Source: Rozella allomycis CSF55 (taxonomy: Eukaryota). Taken from it: a stretch of DNA of 64,000 nucleotides. The notes under the pieces were generated by a model. That model was given only the letters and a program-made list of their open reading frames with translations. It had not been told where the DNA came from and made no database searches. The position numbers and the translations under genes are program-made. Where the stretch lies: positions 62,001 through 126,000 of the forward strand of contig KE561265.1 of the NCBI GenBank assembly GCA_000442015.1. The letters run 5' to 3'. Shown here piece by piece: positions 21,456 through 35,851 of this stretch. The first letter of the stretch is position 1. Each line of letters starts with the position of its first letter.

Positions 21456-23051
21456 TTATAATTTAATCTCGTTTAAAAGAGCTTCATCGGGATTTAGAGC
21501 TGAGAACAATTCCATATCAAATTTATTGTTTGGCATTAACCTGTGGCTCATTTTATCAATGGCTACGACAGAAAGGATAGTTTGAATGTAGGCGTCAATT
21601 AAATCATCAATACCAATACCTAAAATATTAAAGTCTTTTCTATCCATTAGTAACAATCTTTGAGATTCGGTTGTCCATTCATTCTCTCCAATTTTTACAG
21701 AAAGATTTGTGCCAAGCATTTCCCATGAAGTGACTTTGTTGTTTATGATTATTTTTTACCATCTGGATCATCACTAAGATTTTGAAGTAAAGGCTTTCTG
21801 GCCCTTCTGGCATAAATAGCCACAGGAACGAATCCATCATCTGTAGAAGCAATCATCATTCTCATATCAGTTACAAACGTTTGATTCTTTCTATTTGGGA
21901 TCGTCCCAACATGATAAAATTTACCCGCCCTTTGAATGGAACTCCATGATGCATTCCCGACCAAACTTTGAACAATAAATTTATCATAATGGTGATCTTC
22001 TTTCATGAAATCATTTAGTTCTTCTGGATTCGTTATTGTATAAACACCCTGGCCAGCATTAGAATAGGGAACTTTAAGAACCCCGTGACCTCCAAAAGAA
22101 TCAATCCATAAAGGAATTTCTGACTTTGAAACATTTCTAATAGTTTCAGGTACTCTCACTGACAATCCGCTTTGTTCCAACTCATGATTAAGAAACTCAT
22201 AGGCCCTTGCAGCCATCGCCTTGTTTCTACCCCCAGATAAGCATGCAACAATGTCATTTAAAACTAACGTTTTCGTGTGAATTGGAAATCTATTCCATGG
22301 CTTCTGTGTTACATAACGAAAACAAGCCCTAATAGAATGCCATTCTTTATTGCAATCCCTAACAAACAACACGCCATCTTCCCATTTTACAGGAGGATCA
22401 GAATCATGATTAACATATTCAACTAAATATACAGATTCTTTTGTAACATCTGCCATCACTGAAGCATATCCAGAAGCCTCCATCATGTTTTTATCACAAA
22501 GAACAGCCAGTCCACCCAACTTTGGGTCTGCTTTTTCAATCAAACTTTTAAATGTCTTCTCAATAACCACTCTATAACCTCCTTGCTCATCATTTTCAGA
22601 AAGAAGTGGCATTGACTTTTGCCCTGACGGACAGCTGTTGGTCTCAATGACTATCATTTGACGTTGCCCACTACTAGTAGTTACACTGAATAAATCACAT
22701 CCTTAAAATAATCAATATATTCAAAGTATTACCTGCCCAGTGAAAATACTTTGGTTTATAAAACATCAACTCTCGCAATTTACTTTGATCAATTTGAGGG
22801 TTCAAGTGACAATACCGAGTAAGTACCCTGTCATTACCAAGGTGAAGAAATGAGGAGACAAGAGGATGAATTGTTGCATTAAGAACGCGGGGATAGAAGT
22901 GTCTTTCACTCTCAAATTCACCTGGACCAATTACAGTTCCTTGCATGAATTCCCTCTTCTTTTTTTCTAAAACGTGTTCATTTAGCTTTATAGAATCAAT
23001 TGGAACGTTATCAACACTTATTTCAGGGATCAATTTTGACGTGCTCAACAT
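21456..23051 (-). CDS. Circularly permuted ATP-grasp amidoligase (about 512 aa), introns 22702-22732 and 21734-21759
   Basis: Spliced GCDLF...MIVIETNSCPSG (D..ExN..PSG) lies N-terminal to VLKVPYSNAGQGVY, FIVQSLV, DMRMMI, ARRA, TNLS, i.e. the permuted order; the spliced length is divisible by 3. Confidence 0.8.
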
Positions 23052-23344
23052 GTAGTGAAAACGTGATTTTGGTGGCTAAATTCATCAGATATAGAATGCT
23101 AATATACAAAAAAAAAATTCTTCCAAATTAATGCTGTTTTTACAAAGTAAATGGGTTCAAGATCAAATACATTGTAGTTTGCGCTCCTTATACCAATCTA
23201 AGTCTAGATTATTAATGACCTAAAATGCTTCTTATCAAAAATATTCAAATTTTCAAATGACTTAAACAGGAAAATAAATTAATTACGTATTTATTAAGTG
23301 ATTTTTTTGATTACTATTAGGATTCAATTTTCTTGAAATTTGAT

Positions 23345-25007
23345 ATGAAATTTGCAAAGCAATTATCTCTAAGAAGTATACCAAAATGGGCAGATGATTA
23401 TATTAATTATAAAGAATTAAAAGGGAAAATAAAAGAACAATCGGCTCCGACTAAAGGTTAATTACATCAATAATTAGCATAGATGATACTTACAATTCGT
23501 TCAAGAAGAACGTACTTATTGAATTAGATAAAGTTGAGTCGTTTTATGCCGAAAAGGAAAACGAGGCCAAGGCGAAATTAACAGAATTACAAAATCGGGT
23601 ACATTCAAAGTCTCTTCTTGAATAAGTGGAGTGATGATTTAACTGAAGAAGAAAGAAAAGAATGGGCAAACGAGATTTCAAACCTTTTAGTCTTATTGGA
23701 AGGTCTGGCAGACTATTCTCAGACCAACATTTCGGGTTTTAAAAAGATATTAAAAAAATACGACAAAATAAATAATGCTACTATATCAAAGTTTGGCCAA
23801 TAGTGACTAATTCCAGGTTTGTAAAGTCAGAAATGGATGAATACCTATTACTTCAAGCAAAATTGGTAAGGAAGTGCTATAGGATAAGAAAGCTCTGGAG
23901 AAAGAAAATACCATCCAATGTTATTCCTCAGCCTGAAAACATAGGAAATGTGCATGATTGCGAGTTGTCTGTTTACGATTCTCTTGATGTCAACATATTT
24001 CCGTGGGGAGCCATTTCAAGATTTTGGGTAACGATATCTGAAGATGGAATGGGTGGCCCTATTAAAGTGCCAGTTATTGTAGCAAAAGTATACCTCAATC
24101 CAATATATGAAAAAGGGAGTTAAACAAGGACCGACTGTGGGAATAACAGCAGCCCTCCATGGCAATGAACTGAATGGAATTCCATTGATTCACCGATTAT
24201 TTACAGAAATAAAATGTTCAGATTTACATGGAATAGTTGTAGCTGTTCCAATAGCCAATGTTCCTGGCTATCTTTGTTCTCAAAGGGGATTCAGCGATGG
24301 ATCTGATTTGAATAGACTCATGCCAGGCAAGAAAAATGGAACTGCTGCCCAAGTCTATGCATACCACTTTATGAAGCGAATAGTGTCAAAATTTAACTAC
24401 TTGATTGATTTACATACTGCAAGCAAGGGTAGAATGAATAGTTTGTATGTCCGCGCGGACATGTTAGATCCGGTAATCAAACGCATGGCTTTGCTTCAAA
24501 ATCCACAAGTAAATAAAATATGTGCATTTAAAGTTGATCATTGTGCATAACAAAAGTCCCGATGGGTCATTACGAGGAGCTGCGATACAATTAGGCATTC
24601 CATCCATAACTGTCGAAATTGGTGACCCTTCTAAATTTCAAAAGAGATTTGTTAAAAATGCTTTAATCGGAGTTTCTAATATCCTTTGCAATTTGAAAAT
24701 GATCCCACAAGAACCAGATTTGCCTGACTTTGATCCAGTGGTTTGCGCGAGATCTTATTGGATCTTCTCAGAATGTGGCGGTATCCTATCTGTGATCCCA
24801 GACGTGAACACATGGGTCAAACGAGGTGAAGTTATTGCCTTCATACACTCTGTATTTGGTAATTTGGAGAAGACATATTACGCTCCAGAAGACGGGATTA
24901 TTATTGGAAAGTCTGCTGATCCTGTCTGTTCTACTGGCAGCCGAGTATTGCATCTGGGTGTAGTAGAAAGCGAGTACGCAAGAAAAACGGATGATGGTCA
25001 CTTGTGA
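23345..25007 (+). CDS. SPX domain fused to succinylglutamate desuccinylase/aspartoacylase (AstE/AspA, M14 Zn-peptidase) with C-terminal barrel-sandwich hybrid domain (about 509 aa, 5 introns)
   Basis: MKFAKQL...PKWADDYINYKELK and GFKKILKKYDK (SPX); ALHGNELNG, ANVPG, DLNR, IDLHT, TVEIG (M14); WVKRGEVIAFIHSVFG..YAPEDGIII (hybrid). Five 25-28 nt GT-AG introns give one open frame. Confidence 0.85.
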
Positions 25008-25036
25008 ATGAATATAAAACTTTTCTTCTTTATTTT

Positions 25037-25603
25037 TTAAAATTCATTTTCTATTATTTTTATCGATTCCAACATGTTCTTTAATCTGCCAAATTCATTT
25101 ATCTGATTTGCTATGTCTTCAGGAGCTTTGGATAATATTTCATTCTGCTTTCAAGATACAAATCAAATTACTAATTCAACGATTTTCTTTTTTATTCGAG
25201 AAATATTCGGTAGAAAGTCATCAGGTTGAACCATTAGTTGCTGAGATATTCCATTGCAAACTTGAAAAAGATTACTCGTAAAAAATTACATAAACAATTA
25301 CTTTTGCTGCTCCGGAGGAAAAAGAATCCCATTCCCAACAAATGGGGCCTTTATAGAATTCATGATTAGTTCCCATTTTCCAACAAGTTCCTTGATTAAA
25401 GTATGATAATCATCCAATTGCTCAATGTGAAATTTTGTAGAATTATGACCAACGCAGTTTTCTACTTGGTTCCATATGTGATTTTGCTTTCCATTTATTC
25501 TGTTCATGTTATTTACATAATCTGCATGTAGACTTTTCTTCAAAAAGGTGACTTTCTGACTCACTCTGTCCACTCTTTGACTTGGTGTTTCACCGTCTAC
25601 CAT
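25037..25603 (-). CDS. Hypothetical helical/coiled-coil protein, 2 introns
   Basis: ORF 25298-25603 extended by GT-AG introns to a stop at 25037; no motif recognised. Confidence 0.55.
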
Positions 25604-25651
25604 TTCTTTTCATAAATTTCGAAAAACAAAGATACAAAATTATTGCAAAAC

Positions 25652-25722
25652 TGCATTCGCTGGGAATCGAACCCAGGTCTTTCGCTTGGAAGGCGAAAAT
25701 TCTACCATTGAACCACGAATGC
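25652..25722 (-). tRNA. tRNA-Gly(TCC)
   Basis: Reverse complement GCATTCG TGGTTCAATGGTAGAA TTTTCGC-CTTCCAA-GCGAA AGAC CTGGGTTCGATTCCCAG CGAATGC A folds as a 71-nt cloverleaf. Confidence 0.97.
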
Positions 25723-25764
25723 TTGAAATGGAGTGAAAAAAGACATTAATATTATTTATTCATA

Positions 25765-26181
25765 TCAGAAAACAACGCGGGTTTGTAACTTCTTAGATAG
25801 GTAATTTTTTAGCTGCCCATCATTGTAAGAAAAATCGTCTTTTACGATTAAGCAAGATCTCGGAATTTTGACTTGAGGAATTTCATTGGTACCTGGATCA
25901 GGCTCTGAAGAATGCAATAGAGGCCTTTGCATTTCGCCCATATCGTCATTTCCTCTTGCCAAGCTTAGTTGTTGATTTAAACCAAATAGTATTTGCAAAA
26001 GTCCGTTCCTGGTTGAATCTATGTCCATGGCGGTTTGAGTTCCTGCTTCATCATTATCCCCACCACCACTTTCAACAGTGTAATAAGATTGGCCATCTCC
26101 AGATAATCTCAATGCTATTATTCTATTTCCGTTAAATGGCGAGGAGTCGTTACTTTCGTTGTTTTCCTGATTTGACATCAA
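25765..26181 (-). CDS. Hypothetical, largely disordered protein (138 aa)
   Basis: Intronless ORF with ATG and coding-like composition; no family recognised. Confidence 0.5.
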   Translation of the reverse strand: MMSNQENNESNDSSPFNGNRIIALRLSGDGQSYYTVESGGGDNDEAGTQTAMDIDSTRNGLLQILFGLNQQLSLARGNDDMGEMQRPLLHSSEPDPGTNEIPQVKIPRSCLIVKDDFSYNDGQLKNYLSKKLQTRVVF

Positions 26182-26322
26182 TTATTAGACGGATTTGCAG
26201 AAAACACTATATAGTCAAAAATCTTGAATATGATTGGATAAGGCCATGCGTATTGAAATTATCTCCGATTGGATGGGGAACATGCCGTTGACAGCAAAAA
26301 AATATGTGGCTTAAAAGTTAAA

Positions 26323-28245
26323 ATGAGAGTTGTTGGACTTATCAGGTATATAATTATAGTTTGTAGAATATAGTGGTGGCAAAGATAGCTGTTTTAATCT
26401 TATGAATTGTGTAGCGCTCGGGCATGAAATCGTCGCTTTAGCCAATCTTTGTCCACCTAAAAATCATCCAGGTATTACTTGCTGCTATTTTATAATAAAG
26501 ATGAAAGGGATTCTATGATGTATCAAACAGTTGGTCATGATTTTATAGAGCTAATTTCACAATGTCTAGAGTTGCCTCTTTTTCGAAGATGTTTAGAGAC
26601 CCACGATGAAAGAGTAGAAAATGTTGATTGGGAGAATGAAGTTCATGACCTGTACTTTCTTTTAGAAATGGTGAAAGTAAGTATTGAATGTTTCATATAT
26701 TGTAGAGGGAGCATGACATAGAAGCAGTTTCAGTTGGCGCTATTTTGTCTACATACCAAAGAGAAAGAGTGGAGCAAGTGTAGCAATAAGATTTAACTAA
26801 TTTTTAGATGTAATAAACTTGGACTAAAGACTCTGGCATATCTTTGGTGCCAGGATCAAAAGAGCTTGTTAAACGAAATGATCGATTGTGATCTAAACGC
26901 AATTTTAGTTAAAGTAGCATCGCTAGGACTAGATCAAAGACATTTAGGAAAAAGTCTAGCGCAGATGAAGGATCATTTGTATGATTTAGAAAGGAAATTT
27001 GGTGGGAACGTGTGTGGTGAAGGTGGAGAGTTTGAGACAATTACTCTTGACTGTCCTATATTCAAAAAGAGAATTGTCATTGAAGAATCTGAAGTTGTTG
27101 TTCATTCCAATGATGCTTTTGCCCCTGTCCTCTATTTAAAACCTAAAATCCTTTCAGTCAAAGAAAAGCAAAAGGAGGAAGTCGGTCTTACAGAAGAAAT
27201 GAAGAGAATTATTATTAAAAAACACTTGCAAAACTTTGATTGGGAGAGAGATTTGTGCACAAAAATTCTGGAAGTCCCAAGATCTGTAAATGATACTGAA
27301 ATTGCTTGTTTTGAAAACTTTACAAACATTAATACTTTTTCTGCTGCGGGCGATATTATAACGACATCTGCTTTGTTTTGTACCGACTGTAATAAAAACA
27401 TAACGGAAAAGTCTCGTTTCATCTTGTCTCTAGTAAAATCTCGTCTTGAGGAACTAAATTCATCAATGTCCTGTATTTTAATGATTCATGTGTACGTTCG
27501 TTCAATGTCTGATTTTGCTCTCGTAAATTCGGTATTTTCAGAATTTTTTGATGTACATCCGCCGTCTAGAGCATGTGTATCAGTTAATATTTCAAAAGAC
27601 ATCGATGTTTACATGGATGTTATTGCATCTGTAGGATCATTGCTACATTTGAGACAAGCACTTCATGTACAAGGAATTAGTTATTGGGCACCAGCAAATA
27701 TAGGTCCTTATTCTCAAACAATAAACTATAATGGGACGTACTTTTACGCGGGTCAAATCGGTCTCATTCCCCCGACAATGTCTTTACCTGCTCCTGTCAA
27801 TGTAAATGAAGAAACGCTCTATATTCTGAAAAGCATCAAGAGCCTCTTAGACTACCATAAATTAGATATTAGTCAAATTCAAAGCGCCATTGTTTATTTG
27901 GTGACTGAAAATGATGTAGATTTAGTGAAGCTTTTGTTGGCTAAGTTCGGTCTAAAGAACAATTTTGCATTTGTTATTGTCAAGGAACTACCGAGGCAAA
28001 GTTTAGTGGAAATTCAAATAAATGTTTGCAAAAGAAATCCAATAGATAATGATCATTCTTATCTAGACTTTAAGATAGAACTTTGCCATTCCAATGAATC
28101 TGTTCAAACGAAATTATTCTCATCAAAAAGGCCTAATCCCAATCAAGAGAATTTTGTATGGATTCCTGCGATAAATGTTTTTGACAGTAATGGCAAATGT
28201 CAAGAATGTATCTGCTTATCAACATATATAAACAAGGAACAATAA
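26323..28245 (+). CDS. DPH6: Diphthine-ammonia ligase Dph6 with two C-terminal RidA/YjgF-like domains
   Basis: MRVVGLISGGKDS PP-loop, DSMMYQTVGH, GAILSTYQRERVE, NVCGEGGEFET, PPSRACV, LHVQGISYWAPANIGPYSQ, AGQIGLIP, LPRQSLVE. Confidence 0.95.
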
Positions 28246-28261
28246 AGAGCTTTTATTACTA

Positions 28262-30539
<2,278 letters not shown>

Positions 30540-30658
30540 AATGCGCTACCGGATTTATACACGTCGCTAAGCACATTGATTGACTGATTTTAATTTTTGA
30601 CAAGTTTATTATTTCAAGTTTAAATTTAAATTGTGGTTTGAATTTCGAAGGCTGAGTT

Positions 30659-32584
30659 ATGAAAATTTTATTTGACGAACAAGATACAGAGGAAACCTTG
30701 AACATCAATAAGAAGTTTGCAAAGTCTTATGAAGAAAAAAAGAAAAAGGAAGAATTGTCACAATGTAATTTTTAAGATTTTAAATTTGATAAGTGCAAGA
30801 AAAATACGGAGATTATGATGAAGATACACTAAGAAAATATGATAAGGCTGACAAAAAGTATGGAAAAGGAACAGCTCAGCGTATGATTGAAGGAAGTGAC
30901 ATTGAAAGCGATAGTGAGTCAGATGAAGAAGAAGATTCTGATGCCGAGTTGCTCACACCAGCCATAGAGGCTCAAATTTTGAAAACTATTTCTGCAATTA
31001 GAGAGAAGAAGCCTGAAGTTTATGATTCAAATAAAAACTATTTCAAAGGTATGTTAATTAGATTGTTTTACCCAATAGGTGAAGAATTGGAGCAAGTAGA
31101 AAGTGAATGGAAAAAAGTAAGCAAGGAAGAAAAGGAAAAAGTTAAAGTTCAAAAGAAGATGACCTTAACAGATTATCATCGTGAGCAACTATTACAAGGG
31201 AATGCTGAATTAGTTGAAAGCAAGTCAAATGAACCAACTTACGTTGAAGAACAAGAAATGTTAAAGGATGAGTTTAAAAATGTTAAAGTTGAGGCAGACG
31301 ATGATTTGTTTGTCCCCAAGGAAAAGACAGAAGAAGAAATAGCACAAGAGGAACAAGCATATCAAGAATTTTTAAAGAATAATTTAAAGCAAAATGAAGA
31401 TGGAACATTTTTGAAATGGTTTGATGAAAATGAAAGACAAAACATGAATGAAGAAGACAAATTTTTATTGAATTATGTGATGAATAGAGGGTGGGTTGAC
31501 AGGCAAGACAAGTTTGAGTTTGATAGCGATCAAGAAGAAGAGGATTTAGAGAATTTAGAAAAAACGGATGAATTTGAAGAGCAATACAATTTTAGATTTG
31601 AAGAACCGTAAGATTCTCTATATAGCTTTACCTAGTGGTGGCTTTGACATTCTTAACTATCCAAGAAATATTGAAGGATCTGTTAGAAAGAAAACAGAAA
31701 GAAGAAAGAAATACAGAGAAAACAAAAAGAAGAGACTTGAAGAAGAAAAACTAAAAAAGACTGAAGAAATTAAGAGATTGAAAAATCTCAAGAGGGCAGA
31801 AATTCAAGAAAAGATTAAGAAGATTAAAGAAATCACTGGAAGTCACTGTAAGAATTTTTGGGTTTATTTAATTAGCGAACAGTTTGGAGGTTATCGATGT
31901 TGAAGGAGAATTTAATCCAGAGGAATACGACAAGCAAATGCAAAAGGCGTTTGATGATGATTATTACAATGAAGATGACAAGGTAATTTTTAAGATACAA
32001 TTTTAAAAGGAATTTAAAGAAAAGCCTGTCTTTGATGATGACATTGACATTGATGACATTTTACCAGAGGAGGAAAAGAGAAAAGAAGATGTTGTTAAAA
32101 AGGTTGTTGAAGAGCATGAAGAAGAAATGTACAAACTTGATTATGAAGACATTGTAAGATTCACTTCTATTTCATTCATAGGTTGGAGGAATGCCAACTA
32201 GATTTAAATATAGAAACGTTCAAGCTTCCACCTTTGGTTTGAAGCCTTTTGATATCCTTGAAGCAGATGACAGCATTTTGAACCAACACGTTTCATTGAA
32301 AAAGTTGGCTCCGTAATTAATCATAAATTTTCATTATAAGATATCGTGACATTAATAAGCAAAAGGATGACGTTGAAAAGTACAGCAAAAAGAAACGCAT
32401 TCATGCATTTTGGCAAAAGCACAAAGATTTTCTTGAAAAAAATAAAGAGAAGGAGTCAGAAGAACAATTGGTAAACTTGGAAACAACAGTCAAGAAACGT
32501 AAAAAGGAGGAAAAGGTTAACGTACAAATTTCCACAGATCGCCTTCGCTCTTACGATCAACCTAATAAGAAAAATAAAAAATAA
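30659..32584 (+). CDS. KRI1: 40S biogenesis factor Kri1
   Basis: LNINKKFAKSYE..KKEELSQLQEKYG, FLLNYVMNRGW, FEEQYNFRFEEP, YPRNIEGSVRK, EEIKRLKNLK, YKLDYED, PTRFKYR, LNQHVSLKKLAPYR. Confidence 0.93.
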
Positions 32585-32731
32585 TTCTTTTATTTCTTTC
32601 ATTTTCCATTTCTTGTTGGCAACACAATTAACGTACGGTTGTCCAGGGTTTCCAAGCCGTCTTTGTTTGGTTTTCATATTTCAGCTTAATAGCAAACAGT
32701 ACATAATCCACCCATCAATTACTATTAGAAC

Positions 32732-33879
32732 ATGGCTGATATTGCTGAAAAAATAGCTGCTGCTCGAAAGGAGGCTGAAGCTCTTAAAGAACAAATTAAA
32801 CAGAAAAAAGATGCTCTGGCAGACAAAACTCGTAAATCCAAACTCAAATTTAAATTATAGTTAAAGCTGTTGCGTCTGACCTAGAACCTCTTCCAAGAAT
32901 ACAAATGAAAGTCCGTCGCACCCTGAAGGGTCATTTAGCCAAAATTTATGCAATGCATTGGGCCAACGATAAACGCCATCTTGTATCTGCATCACAAGAT
33001 GGAAAATTGATCGTTTGGGATTCATATACTACCAACAAGATCCACGCCATCCCACTAAAAAGTTCTTGGGTAATGACTTGTGCTTATGCACCATCCGGAT
33101 CTTATGTTGCTTGTGGTGGTTTAGATAATATTTGCTCAATTTACAATTTAAAATCAAAAGATGGCCCGATTAAAGCTTTTAGAGAATTAAGTGCTCACAC
33201 AGGATACCTCTCCTGCTGCAGATTTTTAAGCGACCGGCAAATTTTAACCTCATCTGGAGATATGTCCTGCATGCTCTGGGATATCGATGAGAATATTAAA
33301 ACCTTAGAATTCAATGACCACACTGGTGACGTAATGAGGTAACGTAAATTAAAGTTATGAAAAAGTTTATCTGTCTCCCCAGATAAAAATATTTTTGTTT
33401 CAGCGGCTTGTGATGCCACTGCAAAGGTCTGGGATATTCGTACCGGAAAATGTGTTCAGACTTTCACGGGGCATGAAAGTGACATCAACGCAGTCCAGTA
33501 ACACTGAAAGTTAAAATTAAGTTAGATTTTCACCAAATGGACAAGCAGTGGGAACAGGCTCAGATGATGCATCCTGCCGCTTATTCGATTTAAGAGCTGA
33601 TAGGGAATTGAATCAGTATACTCATGATAATATATTGTGCGGCATCACATCTGTCTCCTTTTCCATTAGCGGAAGACTTTTATTTGCCGGTTATGATGAC
33701 TTTAATTGCAATGTGTGGGATACACTTAAAGGTGAACGTGTTGGAGTATTGACAGCTCATGAAAACAGAGTTTCTTGTCTAGGAGTGTCTTCAGATGGTA
33801 TGGCTCTTTGCACAGGTAGTTGGGATAGTATGCTCAAGGTAAATTTACTTGATTGTAAACATATTAGGTTTGGGCTTAA
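32732..33879 (+). CDS. GNB1: Heterotrimeric G-protein beta subunit (WD40); 4 introns
   Basis: [93 protein letters not shown]. Confidence 0.98.
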
Positions 33880-34032
33880 ATATGAAATACTTTCAATCAA
33901 ATAAAACGCTTTTCCAATAAGATTATTGTGTTTGCTTTAGTTTTTTATCATTATTATTCTATTTTTGTGCCGAATTCAATATTTGATGTTCGCACCTTAC
34001 AGGCAAATCGGAGAATTTCTTTTATACTGTAA

Positions 34033-34864
34033 ATGACAGAAGGTTTCAGATAATAAAACTTTTAATACAGAGATTGAAGACTATGAACAACAGTTAAAAG
34101 AAACTCTAGCTGAAATACGAGATACCATGGCAAGTGCCGCCAAATTCAAAGGACGGTTGAAAATTGAAGTAATATTGTTTAATTTAAAGCGTAGAAATTA
34201 GAGTACGCAAAAGATAGACTAGGAAGTTCTAAACATAAGCTAAAGAGCATGCAGATTGCTATTCGTGAAGTCGAACGGAGTGTTGGTCAACCCTACGAAG
34301 AGGTAAAATAGTCTTCCATTAATAAATTAGAGAGCTAGAGGATATGAAGTAGAAATTAGTAATCTTGTTCAAGACCTGAATTGGTCACTCACAAATGCCC
34401 AAAACGACGATGCGATGGCTACTACTGGTACTAGGAGAAACGGTAAAAATTGGAAACAATATTGATAGATCCAAACTCCATGACTGCAAAAGAGATGACA
34501 AAGACCGGTGCACAAATACAAGATGCGTCATTGGCATCAACCGCTAGAACAAAACAGAAACTGAATGAAACAATTGATATAGGAACAGAAACTGCAGCCA
34601 AGCTAAAAGAACAGGGTCATCAGCTGGATAATATTGATAAGGACATGGATCAACTCGATAGCAATTTGACAAGAGCAACAAGGCAAATTAGAGCATATGT
34701 CAGGTAAGCGATAAAAATTGCGTAAAAAGGAAAATGGCGNTATCTTATTGTTTATCTTGTTCATTTTGCTTGGCATAATAGTAATGATTACATTGCCTTA
34801 CTGGACGCCGAAAGTTACAAATTACGTCAATAATATCTCTCAAAAACTAAAACCAGCGACATAA
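34033..34864 (+). CDS. Qb-type SNARE, NPSN/Vti1-like, C-terminal TM; small gap at N 34740
   Basis: N-terminal helical bundle, SNARE motif ETIDIGTETAAKLKEQGHQL...LTRATRQIRAYVRKMA, hydrophobic C-terminal anchor. Confidence 0.75.
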
Positions 34865-34887
34865 ATAAATGATGAATACTAATTTAT

Positions 34888-35771
34888 TTAAACAGATTCT
34901 TGAGGAACTGGTTCTTTGAATCCACCAGTGCGAGCAACCTTTGAGCCAGAGGAAGAACCTTCAGCATGAAGTTCCAAGAGCTTGGAAGCATCGTACTTTG
35001 GAGCCTTCAAGATTTTAACTTTGCGGATAAGGACGTTTTGAAGAGGAAAGATAGATTGTGTAGCCTTTTCAATTTCCTTTCCGATAGTGTCAGGAATCAA
35101 CTTGGTAACGAACTCCTTCAATTCACAGTTGACAGTTTCTCTTGTCATTATTTCAAACATCTTCTTGCGGATAGCACGGATCTGAGAAGCTTGAGCATAG
35201 CATGTTTTGCGGACTTGGTTCTTACGTCTGGCGGTAAATCCAATGGCGAAAAGACGAAGAAGATAGCCATCAGTAGTCTTAACATCAACATGTGCTTCAA
35301 TAAGACTTTGCCATTTCTTGACCATAGAGCGAAGTTTGTCAGAGGTGATTTCCATTCCATTGAAGTTGGTCAAGCAATTCTTTCCTTGAATTTCCTCAAC
35401 CTTGAGCTTAAACTTGCGGAAAGCATGCTCTTCAACATCTTTGTGAAGATCTCCAAGAGACAACTCAAGAACACGTCCCTTCAAAGAATCATCAGCATTC
35501 TTTAAACCTTGAGTGCGGTTAACAACAGTTTTTCCGACAGTACGTTGAGAAAAGAAAGATGGAGCCTTGATGTCATACCAATCTTTACGAGTAAATGGGT
35601 CAACACTAAATATTAGACGGTTCTATAAACTAAAAAATATAATAACAGTAAAAACACAGTAAAAACGGACAAACACTTACACCTTCTTTTTTAAACCTTT
35701 TTTCCCTTTAGATAAACGCTTATTCTTTCCGATAGCCTAAGGATTATGAAAAAAGTATGTTATTTTACCAT
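34888..35771 (-). CDS. RPS1: 40S ribosomal protein eS1 (S1/S3a); intron directly after ATG and a 75-nt second intron
   Basis: [72 protein letters not shown]; highly expressed codon bias. Confidence 0.98.
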
Positions 35772-35851
35772 TTTCGCCAGGGTCTATTTTTTTCCCCTGG
35801 CGCAAATACTAAATGAGAAAATTCGGAAAATTGATAAATTTGAAATTGCGT

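Noticed and set aside
23060-23065. Pho4-type CACGTT box in the ATP-grasp/SPX spacer
   Set aside because: Single hexamer only about 9 nt from the ATG; the same hexamer occurs at unrelated places in the window.
26866-28245. Dph6-RidA fusion as a novelty
   Set aside because: This architecture is the known fungal/plant form of Dph6.
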